Below, piece by piece: positions 34,271 to 42,524 of a DNA stretch of 45,395 bases. The position numbers and the translations under genes were made by a program. The notes under the pieces were generated by a model. The model was not told where the DNA came from, searched no databases, and worked only from the letters and a program-made list of their open reading frames with translations. The first letter of the stretch is position 1. The number at the start of each line of letters is the position of its first letter. The DNA comes from an uncultured bacterium (lineage in GTDB: Bacteria > Patescibacteriota > Minisyncoccia > Phycocordibacterales > PALSA-1337). The stretch lies in NCBI GenBank assembly GCA_903870315.1, contig CAIQCJ010000032.1, forward strand, positions 1-45,395, read 5' to 3'.

Positions 34271-35074
34271 ATGGAAAACAAAGATCTTAATAAAGACATG
34301 AACAACGATCTTCCTACGCATGACCCTTTGAAGTGGAAAACACTGGGTTTTTTCAGTGCTGAGGAGTATCTACTTTATGTCTTTAAGAAGGTTGAGAAGA
34401 TTACGGCTGCCCTTTATCTTGTTTCTGGACTTCTAAAGGACGAGGAACCTATAAAGTGGGAATTGCGTGACAGAGGTATGGATCTTATCACTTCGTCCTT
34501 TACAGCTTCATCCACTCTTCCAGGTGATAAAAATATAGTTATCCAATCTCTTTTTACTGCGGCTTTGGAGACTATATCTCTTCTCAATGTTGCCAAGATT
34601 TCCAACCTCATAACCGAGATGAATCATAGGCTTCTGGTGCGTGAGATCGACAATATACTTGGCCTGTTGCGTGACCGTCTGGCCGCTAGTGCAGAAAATG
34701 CCGGCTATGTTTTGTCTGATGTCTTCTTTAAGACACCGGATCTTTTCTCTTCAGATTTCAAGTCTGCAAGTGGACAAACTAGTCACCGAGATCTTATTAA
34801 CGGACAAATTAGCAAAAATACAGTAAGTGAAAATCTGGCTCTAAATAAGCATACCCATAAAGGACACGCAGATGTCCAAGAGAAAAAGTCTGAAAGACAG
34901 GAGCTTATTATAACTGCCCTGAAAGGACAATCTAACTTAACAATAAAAGACTTCTCTAGAATCATCAAGGATTGTAGCGAGAAGACTATACAACGTGAGC
35001 TCCTAGCTATGGTGGATAATGGCCTTATAAAGAAGGAAGGGGAGCGTCGTTGGTCCCGCTATTCTCTTAAGTAG
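34271..35074 (+). CDS. Hypothetical protein with C-terminal winged helix-turn-helix
   Basis: C-terminal ERQELIITALKGQSNLTIKDFSRIIKDCSEKTIQRELLAMVDNGLIKKEGERRWSRY looks like a DeoR/MarR-type wHTH. The N-terminal 200 aa are unassigned. Confidence 0.5.
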   Translation: MENKDLNKDMNNDLPTHDPLKWKTLGFFSAEEYLLYVFKKVEKITAALYLVSGLLKDEEPIKWELRDRGMDLITSSFTASSTLPGDKNIVIQSLFTAALETISLLNVAKISNLITEMNHRLLVREIDNILGLLRDRLAASAENAGYVLSDVFFKTPDLFSSDFKSASGQTSHRDLINGQISKNTVSENLALNKHTHKGHADVQEKKSERQELIITALKGQSNLTIKDFSRIIKDCSEKTIQRELLAMVDNGLIKKEGERRWSRYSLK

Positions 35075-35105
35075 AAAGGCTAGAAAACATAGGTATCTAT
35101 ATACC

Positions 35106-35134
35106 TTGACTTTGAACCCTATTTGCCCTAATAT
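35106..35134 (+). promoter_or_regulatory. Near-consensus sigma70-like promoter about 400 nt upstream of the surface-protein gene
   Basis: TTGACT (35106-35111), 17-nt spacer, TAATAT (35129-35134). Confidence 0.5.
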
Positions 35135-35536
35135 GGTTACGTCACCAAATGTTATCCACAAAGCCCCTTTTGTTATATAGGGCCATTGTGCGTTATAATG
35201 CTTTGCAACGAGTGTGTATGACCATTTTGGACATATGCATTCGTCTCAAAGCGTAAGCTTTGAAGGATACGAACTTTGACAATTACATAGTGTGAAATAA
35301 TGTAAATATATATAGGTTCGTCTTATTTACTAGCCCACTAAATTCTTTGTCTGGAAGTCGATAGTACGGACATGGAAATGTGGAATAAATGTCTCGCGGT
35401 CGACCCGCTTTCGTATAATAAAAATATGAGATCGGAACGCGAACATACTTAGTTAGATTATTAGTTTACAAATTGCGCAACCTCTCTTATTTTATTAATA
35501 ACAAGAGATGACGCATTAATTATAAAAACAATAGAT

Positions 35537-37300
35537 ATGAAAAAGATTCTTACAGCTTCTACAGTAGCCATATTGGCTTTCGCCGTGGTTGCTTCAGCTG
35601 CTACTTTCAGTGCTAACCTCACGGTTGGTTCAAAGGGTGCAGATGTCACAGCTCTTCAGACAGCACTTATCGCTGGCGGATATTCTATCCCAGCAGGTGC
35701 TACAGGTTACTTCGGTTCACAGACAAAGTCTGCAGTTCAGAAGTATCAGGCCGCTAAGGGTATTCCTGCTACAGGTTTCGTAGGTCCTCTTACTCGCGCA
35801 GCTTTGAATGGTGGCGTTGCTACTGTTTCAACAGCTACTTGCCCAGTAGGTTTCACTTGCGCCCCAATATCTGGTACAACTCCAGTGGTTGGTGCTCCAG
35901 CAGGTATAACAACTCCTGGTATAGCCGGTACATTGGCTGTATCACTATGGTCGACTCCTTCAGGCGTCACAGCTTATAAGGGTCAATCTTATGATTTAGC
36001 TGGTTATAAGGTTCAGGCTTCAGCTTCAGACATGCAACTTTCAAATCTGTCTTTCGACTTCGATACGCGCTTCTGGCTCTTTGCCTCAGCGGTAACAGTC
36101 AAGGATGAGAACGGTGTTGTTGTCGGTTCTGTAGGTAGCTTGGATGCTTCTAAGTTCACAGAGCTTACAGTTGGTTCAAAATACCGCATAAACATTCCTG
36201 TTAATGGAATCGTAGTCAATGCTGCAAAAGCTAAGTACTTGACACTCAATGCTACATTCCTTCCTATGACAGATAGGAATTCAGGCCCTATCAATGTTAT
36301 AGGTGCTCAGGTCCGTGCAGTTGATGGAACAGGAGTTACTGACACAGAATCAGTAACTGATATTCGTCTCTTTACTTACCAGGGTTCAAACATTGGTCAG
36401 TTGATCTTGACTAACGATACATCTTCACCAGCTACTCAAGTTATCCAGGTATCAACATTCGCTCAGACACAGAACGTTCCTTTGGCTATCTATGACATCA
36501 AGTCACAGAATCAACCCGGAACACTCCAGAGTTTGACGATTGGTCTTAACATCAGTTCATCAACCCTTCCGGTTGGAAGTTTGATAGCTAATCTTCAGCT
36601 CAAGGCTGGTGGTTTGACTTATTCAGCAAGTTCACTATCATCATCTTCAGCAACATTCACGAATCTTTCGATTCCTTTGGCTGCTGACGTTTACGTCCCT
36701 GTTGCTATCTCTGCTACTCTTGCTCAGGACACAAACGATGTATATGACAATATCTATATCTATACAACTTTGTCAGCGGCAAATATATCAGCTATAGATT
36801 CTACATATAACATCATTACACCAAATAGTGTTATATTGAATTCAAATGCTCAGTCATTTACGTCTTCAGGTGTTGCTATTGGTACTCTTAGTCCAGTTGG
36901 TCTTGTTATAACAGCCAACTCAGGTGCTTCGACAACAGCTACATTCGGATATGTATATAGCTTGACAGCAGGAAACAATCCTATCTATATCAGTGCTACA
37001 TCAACGAATGCTGTGGGAGTAGTAACTACTGGATCAGTTGGTACAGTTAATCTTGTCAGCTTCCGTGACAATGACAGTACAAACGATTTGGCTAATGGTT
37101 ACTTCTATATCGCTCCAGGTCAGACAAAGACATTTACCCTTTCTTATCAATCAAAGGGTTCAGTCGGTTCAGTCTCTGGAACATATTCTATTAATCAGTT
37201 GAATTACGGAACAGGCTATAGTGCTGGTGCTATCACTGGTGCAGGCTCTCTATCAGCTTCGACGATTGGTAACACTCTTATCACTAACCTCTCTTACTAA
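35537..37300 (+). CDS. Secreted cell-surface protein: signal peptide, PG_binding_1 domain, long Thr/Ser/Ala/Val/Gly-rich beta region
   Basis: MKKILTASTVAILAFAVVASAATFSA signal peptide. LTVGSKGADVTALQTALIAGGYSIPAGATGYFGSQTKSAVQKYQAAKGIPATGFVGPLTRAAL is a peptidoglycan-binding domain-1 repeat. The remaining ~480 aa are low in charged residues and almost Cys-free. A strong terminator follows. Confidence 0.7.
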   Translation: MKKILTASTVAILAFAVVASAATFSANLTVGSKGADVTALQTALIAGGYSIPAGATGYFGSQTKSAVQKYQAAKGIPATGFVGPLTRAALNGGVATVSTATCPVGFTCAPISGTTPVVGAPAGITTPGIAGTLAVSLWSTPSGVTAYKGQSYDLAGYKVQASASDMQLSNLSFDFDTRFWLFASAVTVKDENGVVVGSVGSLDASKFTELTVGSKYRINIPVNGIVVNAAKAKYLTLNATFLPMTDRNSGPINVIGAQVRAVDGTGVTDTESVTDIRLFTYQGSNIGQLILTNDTSSPATQVIQVSTFAQTQNVPLAIYDIKSQNQPGTLQSLTIGLNISSSTLPVGSLIANLQLKAGGLTYSASSLSSSSATFTNLSIPLAADVYVPVAISATLAQDTNDVYDNIYIYTTLSAANISAIDSTYNIITPNSVILNSNAQSFTSSGVAIGTLSPVGLVITANSGASTTATFGYVYSLTAGNNPIYISATSTNAVGVVTTGSVGTVNLVSFRDNDSTNDLANGYFYIAPGQTKTFTLSYQSKGSVGSVSGTYSINQLNYGTGYSAGAITGAGSLSASTIGNTLITNLSY

Positions 37301-37360
37301 ATCTTTTCAGGTTTAGTCTAAGGGTTAGTCTTCCCCCCAACGGGTTACAATGTTGGAACA

Positions 37361-37384
37361 AAAACCGCCTTCGGGCGGTTTTTG
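37361..37384 (+). terminator. Intrinsic terminator after the surface-protein gene
   Basis: AAAACCGCC-TTCG-GGCGGTTTTTG. Confidence 0.85.
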
Positions 37385-37452
37385 TGTTGCCGGAAATACT
37401 GAGAGGGCGCGACGCGGGTGTGATTACATATCAAGCTATTATTTGATAGAAT

Positions 37453-37602
37453 ATGAATATGAATAACCCTTTTGATGGCACTTTCTTCAAGTTTCTTATA
37501 GGCTTTGTGCTTATACTATTCGTCAGTTTCGGTATCATATATTTGGCTAGTCAATACAAAAGCAATGCACCTGTACAAGCTGTTTTGAGCAAGACTAAGT
37601 AA
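37453..37602 (+). CDS. Possible 49-aa single-TM small protein (below ORF-track cutoff)
   Basis: Hand translation: MNMNNPFDGTFFKFLIGFVLILFVSFGIIYLASQYKSNAPVQAVLSKTK. One clear hydrophobic helix. No recognised homology. Confidence 0.35.
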   Translation: MNMNNPFDGTFFKFLIGFVLILFVSFGIIYLASQYKSNAPVQAVLSKTK

Positions 37603-37629
37603 CCTCCACTAAATCTATTCCACGGATAC

Positions 37630-37708
37630 ATCTTCATAGCTTCTTGAGAACTTCTTGAACGTTTCTTCATAACTTTTTGAGCGAAATTTTATCTCGCTGT
37701 TTTATGCT
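37630..37708 (+). repeat. Copy 2 of the 79-nt phased-heptamer module
   Basis: ATCTTCA (37630), TTCTTGA (37641), TTCTTGA (37652) and TTCTTCA (37663) at 11-nt spacing. Then TTGAGC (37677) and TATGCT (37703). Ends 30 nt before the ATG at 37739. Confidence 0.8.
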
Positions 37709-37738
37709 GGTTGTATTATCCATAATCAACCAGTTTGT

Positions 37739-40456
37739 ATGAAGAAATATACTACGCGCATTGTTAGATTATCTATATGGACGACATTTATCTTGGCATT
37801 TTTCATACCAGATTCAGTTCACGCTGAGACTCATATCACTGACGGCTTCTTATTCGACAGTGCGACCTGGGATATACGTGGCAGTCCTTATATCATAGAT
37901 GCTGATATGTCTGTTCCGGCTGGGCGTACTCTAACTATAGGTCCCGGCGTTGTAGTGAAGGCTGATCCTGCTCTTGGTTATGCACCTAGCTTTTTCGTTG
38001 GTGGAGAGTTAAATGTTAAGGGTGCAAAAGGTAAGCCGGTAATTTTATCTGGTTTCTACAATCTCAATATATACTATGCAACGGCGACTATTTCTAGACT
38101 TGATATATCTGCTACAAAAGGGGTGGTATTGAACCACTCTAAAGCGACGATCTCCAGCTCTACTATTTATGGTTCTACAAATGGCATCTACGTGAAGGCT
38201 AGCAATGCTTCTATAGTTGGTAGTCGTATCACAGGTAATAGTTATGGTATATATGTAGATCCGGTCATGCCTGTATATCTCTATGGCTATAGTGATCCAG
38301 CTCATCAAGTAAATGTTGGAGCCATAATTCCGTCGAATGTTACAGTCACAAGTTCATCTTTGGTAGATAATAAGTTGGCGGCTATTGATAGTGCGGAAAC
38401 AACCAGTGTGGTTCAAGCCACAAACAATTGGTGGGGTGACGCCGGTGGTCCTACAGCCACTAGGGTCGCTACTAGTTCTAGGATTATGGGCCAGGTGAAT
38501 TATATTCCTTGGTCGGACCATGATCCGACCATAGAAGCTACGTCGACACCATGCTGTTCGAGCGTTTTGTTTTTACCAGGATTGGAAGGTACTTGGCTAT
38601 ACAGGTATGAACCATCATTGTTTGGGAGTATTCCACTTATTGGAGGAGTCTCGACGAACACCCTTTGGGCGCCAAACCGCAACGATGATGTACGCAAGCT
38701 CTTCTTGGATAGCAATGGCTCGAGTACTGACACGTCTATTTATTCTGGTGAGCCTATAGACAATGTTTTCAATATCTTTAGTGTCTACGGATCATTTATG
38801 AGATTTATGGATAGCCTAGTTAGCACAGGGAAAATAGGTGAGTGGAGATCCTTTGGCTATGATTGGCGTAAACCCATATCGGACGTCGTTTATAGCATAG
38901 AGAAAAAAGCTACCATGACAGAGTCTTTGGTATCTGTTGTGGAAGACTTGGCATCGCGTTCGCGTACAGGCAAAGTCACTATCATTGCTCATAGTAACGG
39001 CGGACTTGTGGCCAAGTATCTAGTTAAGGTTTTGTCTGATTCTGGTAAGGTCGATCTTGTTGATGGGGTTATTTCGGTAGCGGTGCCATATCTTGGTACA
39101 CCAGAAGCTATAAGTGCTTTATTGTATGGCGATCATCAGTCTATCGCCTACGGTCTTATTTTAAATTCTGAAGTTGCCAAACAGCTTGGTCAAAATATGT
39201 CTAGCGCTTATTCTTTATTACCATCACGTGAATACTTTTCACATACACTTGATCCATTGATAACATTTGCGGATGGTAAGAGTGTGAATTCACACGAAGG
39301 CCTGTCAGATTTCATCAGCGGTGCGTCAAATGGCTTTTTGGCTTCCGCTGGTGATGCTATTCAGTCGGTGCTCACGAATTTTTCTTGGCCAGCAAATGTT
39401 TATCGCTACTCTCTAGTCGGCTGGAATGTCGATACTCCTAAAAGTCTGGTTTATATAAATAAAGAAAAATGTTTCAGATTTTTGTGGCTCAATTTTAGTT
39501 GTTCTACTGTCTTGACGCGCTACGAAAAGACAACCATCATGGGTGATGGTACTGTCGTGGTACCAAGTGCGGCATATAGTGGTTTGACGGCGGATGGTGC
39601 AAGTCCGACAAAAGTTGTATCCATAGACTTAGCTTCAAGTTCGGCCGCTGAAAATAAAAGTTTTGATCATGTAAATATTCTTGAATCTTCGACGACACAA
39701 GCAGTTATCGGAGCTATTTTAACTGCGGACCATTCTATAAATGGTGGGTCATTACCGGGTGGGGGCTCAACCATTGGTGGGAGCGTTTTGCCCGGAGGCA
39801 CATCTTTAGGTGAACCAAATTATAATACAGAACCAGTACACTTAGTTGTGAGTGTTGATGCAGCAGCTAGTTTAGATGTTCATGATAGTTCAGGAAATCA
39901 TACTGGTTTGATCATGCCCCCAGCCGGTGTAACAGATTATGTTGTGGCGGCTTATGAAGAGAAAGTTCCTGGCAGTCATTTCTCTGTAAGCACAGACGAC
40001 AGCAATGGTAGTGGCAGTGATAGTAACGCCGACGGCATAACCAATACCTCGATTTCATTACCAAATAATAACCAGCAATATTCAGTAACGGTAAATGGTG
40101 GTGGCTTCGGTTCATTTACTTTGAATCTTGATAAAGTACAAGGCACTACTACACTTGGCCATATTGAGTTTGCTGATATACCGATGACACCATCTAGTAC
40201 AGCTACAACAATCATTGAAGTTGCTCCGAATGAGCCTATTGCCTCATCGACAAGTCCCATGAGTGTAGATATTGATGGTGATGGCACGATTGATTTTGTG
40301 GCGAGTTCGACGGTAAATTCTACGGCGCAGGATTTGATTAGTTCGACGACAGATTTGGCGACTATTTCAACCACTAGTCCAATCAGTAATAATGGCGCGA
40401 CAAATCCCAACAGTGCAGAATTATTCAAGAAATATTTGAAGAGGTTTTGCAATTAA
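37739..40456 (+). CDS. Secreted multidomain protein: right-handed beta-helix, alpha/beta-hydrolase (LCAT/PGAP1-like lipase) and a Ser/Thr/Gly-rich C-terminal region
   Basis: Signal/anchor (LSIWTTFILAFFIPDSVHA). Beta-helix repeats (GSTNGIYVKASNASIVGSRITGNSYGIYVD) ending in ATNNWWGDAGGP. Hydrolase part: VLFLPGLEGTW and the nucleophile elbow VTIIAHSNGGLVAKYL (Ser419, codon at 38993). C-terminal DIDGDGTIDF is a Ca-binding-like motif. Confidence 0.7.
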   Translation: MKKYTTRIVRLSIWTTFILAFFIPDSVHAETHITDGFLFDSATWDIRGSPYIIDADMSVPAGRTLTIGPGVVVKADPALGYAPSFFVGGELNVKGAKGKPVILSGFYNLNIYYATATISRLDISATKGVVLNHSKATISSSTIYGSTNGIYVKASNASIVGSRITGNSYGIYVDPVMPVYLYGYSDPAHQVNVGAIIPSNVTVTSSSLVDNKLAAIDSAETTSVVQATNNWWGDAGGPTATRVATSSRIMGQVNYIPWSDHDPTIEATSTPCCSSVLFLPGLEGTWLYRYEPSLFGSIPLIGGVSTNTLWAPNRNDDVRKLFLDSNGSSTDTSIYSGEPIDNVFNIFSVYGSFMRFMDSLVSTGKIGEWRSFGYDWRKPISDVVYSIEKKATMTESLVSVVEDLASRSRTGKVTIIAHSNGGLVAKYLVKVLSDSGKVDLVDGVISVAVPYLGTPEAISALLYGDHQSIAYGLILNSEVAKQLGQNMSSAYSLLPSREYFSHTLDPLITFADGKSVNSHEGLSDFISGASNGFLASAGDAIQSVLTNFSWPANVYRYSLVGWNVDTPKSLVYINKEKCFRFLWLNFSCSTVLTRYEKTTIMGDGTVVVPSAAYSGLTADGASPTKVVSIDLASSSAAENKSFDHVNILESSTTQAVIGAILTADHSINGGSLPGGGSTIGGSVLPGGTSLGEPNYNTEPVHLVVSVDAAASLDVHDSSGNHTGLIMPPAGVTDYVVAAYEEKVPGSHFSVSTDDSNGSGSDSNADGITNTSISLPNNNQQYSVTVNGGGFGSFTLNLDKVQGTTTLGHIEFADIPMTPSSTATTIIEVAPNEPIASSTSPMSVDIDGDGTIDFVASSTVNSTAQDLISSTTDLATISTTSPISNNGATNPNSAELFKKYLKRFCN

Positions 40457-40480
40457 TTGAAAAGCATATTTAGGCAAAAG

Positions 40481-40507
40481 GAAAACGCCGTACAGGTCGG
40501 CGTTTTC
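40481..40507. terminator. Intrinsic terminator (potentially bidirectional)
   Basis: GAAAACGCCG-TACAGGT-CGGCGTTTTC, a perfect 10-bp stem with A-run and T-run flanks, between the convergent lipase gene and rplL. Confidence 0.8.
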
Positions 40508-40601
40508 TAATGTGACTATATTATATACACTTCAATTTAGTTGTTAATAACAAAAAGGCCCCAATGTGGAAATAGCTACACAAGAGGCCTCTTTGGTTTT
40601 G

Positions 40602-40988
40602 TTATTTTAATTCAACCTTACCACCAGCGGCTTCGATTTGCTTCTTGAAAGCATCAGCCTCTTCTTTCTTCATACCATCCTTTAGGAGGGAAGGAGCGGC
40701 ATCAACGAGGTCCTTAGCTTCCTTGAGACCAAGGGCTAGAACTTCCTTGATAACCTTTATAACAGCGATCTTTTGCTCACCAACAGCGGCCAAGTGAACA
40801 GCGAAAGTGCTCTTCTCTTCACCAGCGGCGGCAGCAGGAGCAGTAGCGACAGCAACAGCTGCGGCTGAAACACCGAACTTCTTTTCGAGGAGTTTGACGA
40901 GCTCATTTAGATCGAGAACTGACATCTTTTCGACTGTTTCGACTAGTGTCTTGAACTTTGCAGGGATTTCTATATTTGTAGGTTCCAT
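40602..40988 (-). CDS. rplL: 50S ribosomal protein L7/L12
   Basis: [23 protein letters not shown], Ala-rich hinge, and C-terminal [23 protein letters not shown]...[19 protein letters not shown]. Confidence 0.95.
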   Translation of the reverse strand: MEPTNIEIPAKFKTLVETVEKMSVLDLNELVKLLEKKFGVSAAAVAVATAPAAAAGEEKSTFAVHLAAVGEQKIAVIKVIKEVLALGLKEAKDLVDAAPSLLKDGMKKEEADAFKKQIEAAGGKVELK

Positions 40989-41048
40989 GTTTGTAATTGT
41001 TAATTTTTAATTGTTAAATTTTGCGCTTTGCGTCTTTAAACTTATGTC

Positions 41049-41537
41049 TTATTTCTGTTTCTTGGCTATCTGATCAAGTGCCATGACAAACCCTTGTATA
41101 GGGGAATTGATGACATTGACGAACATACCACGCAATGTATCGAGTGGAGGAATAGAAGCTATAGCTATCATTCCAGCCTTGTCCATATATGCGCCATCGA
41201 AGACTCCACCAGTAATACTCACTTGGTCTTTGAACTTCTTTTGGAATTCATAGACGTTGCGAGCTGGAGCAATAAGGTCGGTGCTGTAAGCGATACCTGA
41301 TTCACCAACAAGTGCTGGCATTGTTCCAGAGTACTTCTTTTCGGTGAGGGCTCGTTCAGTCAAAGACTTCTTGGCTACGAAATATCCGACGCCATCTTTC
41401 TTCATAGCGCGGCGCATAGTTGTAGCATCAGAAACTTTGAGACCATGGAAATTCACGAAGACGATAGACTTAGCATCGCCCATGAGCTTCCCAAGCTTCT
41501 CGATGATTTCTTTCTTTTGTATTTTTGTACGTGCCAT
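41049..41537 (-). CDS. rplJ: 50S ribosomal protein L10
   Basis: KKEIIEKLGKLMGDAKSIVFVNFHGLKVSDATTMRRAMKKDGVGYFVAKKSL is canonical L10. Immediately upstream of rplL. Confidence 0.9.
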   Translation of the reverse strand: MARTKIQKKEIIEKLGKLMGDAKSIVFVNFHGLKVSDATTMRRAMKKDGVGYFVAKKSLTERALTEKKYSGTMPALVGESGIAYSTDLIAPARNVYEFQKKFKDQVSITGGVFDGAYMDKAGMIAIASIPPLDTLRGMFVNVINSPIQGFVMALDQIAKKQK

Positions 41538-41760
41538 TTTGTAATTTCAAACAAAAGGTGCGAGGTTAATCTCGTCCCTGTTTGATATTTTTAGTTTTTT
41601 CGACCTTTATAAAAGGCCAGAGATTAGGGTTTTATTCCTCGGAAGGTCTTGTTGCCTACCATTTGGCTAGCCTGTCGCTTTGCCAGTGGCTTGGTGTCGG
41701 CACGCCTTCTGTCTTTGGGCCTTGGCTAAGATAATCGCATAGAACATGAAATGATGCAAG
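41538..41760 (-). promoter_or_regulatory. Candidate L10-leader-type autoregulatory 5' UTR of rplJL
   Basis: Unusually long untranslated region, locally G+C-rich at 41640-41745. On the minus strand TAGCC...GGCTA encloses GCC-ACT-GGC and GGC-GT-GCC stems. A CGAG-ATTAAC-CTCG hairpin with a T-rich tail lies just before the start. Assigned by position and general structure only. Confidence 0.3.
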
Positions 41761-41856
41761 CCCCGAAACATCTACGCTTATGTCTTTCATTATTCTATTT
41801 TTCTGTTAAAATGCACCGCATAGTCAAATGAATTTAATAATCTGAATATAACCACC

Positions 41857-42477
41857 ATGGAAACACTAACAGCCTTATTCGGTAGCGAATCAAAAGTCAG
41901 AATCATCCGTCTTTTCCTTTTCAGTCAAGGTGTACCTTTCTTTACGAAAGAAGTCGCAGACAGAAGTCGATGCTCTATTGGTACAACCAAAAGGGAACTG
42001 AACATACTCTTGAAATCTGACCTTATTCGTAAGCGCAAGATCACAAAAGAGGTACAAGTCAGACATGGCAAAAACATAACCCCAAAGAAAGTCAAAGGTG
42101 TCGGTTTTATTTTAAATGATAAATTCCCTTATCTAAACCCGCTCAAAACTCTTCTGACAGTAGCAAGTATCCAAGCCGATGAGTCTCTGACGAAATGTTT
42201 TGCTTCTGCTGGTAGGATCAAATATCTAGTAGCAGCTGGTGTATTTATCCAAAATTGGGATTCCAGAGTAGACCTTCTTGTTGTTGGGGAGGAACTCAAT
42301 CTATTGAAGATAGAATCCATAATAAAGTCTATAGAAGCCGAGATTGGTAAGGAGATATCATATTCCGCTTTTGATACTGAGGACTTCCAATATCGTATGG
42401 GTATACACGACCGCCTAGTTCGTGACATCTTGGACTATCCACATGTCACCCTCATAGACAAACTTAACGTGGTATAA
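41857..42477 (+). CDS. Hypothetical wHTH (ArsR/MarR-like) protein with C-terminal nucleotidyltransferase-like region
   Basis: N-terminal SKVRIIRLFLFSQGVPFFTKEVADRSRCSIGTTKRELNILLKSDLI looks like a winged HTH. C-terminal RVDLLVVGEE... resembles minimal nucleotidyltransferase folds. Confidence 0.45.
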   Translation: METLTALFGSESKVRIIRLFLFSQGVPFFTKEVADRSRCSIGTTKRELNILLKSDLIRKRKITKEVQVRHGKNITPKKVKGVGFILNDKFPYLNPLKTLLTVASIQADESLTKCFASAGRIKYLVAAGVFIQNWDSRVDLLVVGEELNLLKIESIIKSIEAEIGKEISYSAFDTEDFQYRMGIHDRLVRDILDYPHVTLIDKLNVV

Positions 42478-42524
42478 TAGATACATTATTAGCGTTAATT
42501 ATTAGTTAAATATAATTCAATTAT

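Noticed and set aside
35152-35160. Perfect DnaA-box 9-mers TTATCCACA at 35152-35160 and 43654-43662, both intergenic; considered as a possible oriC.
   Set aside because: The two boxes are isolated and 8.5 kb apart. There is no cluster of additional boxes, no obvious A+T-rich unwinding repeats next to them, and no dnaA/dnaN nearby. They could be single regulatory DnaA sites or chance.
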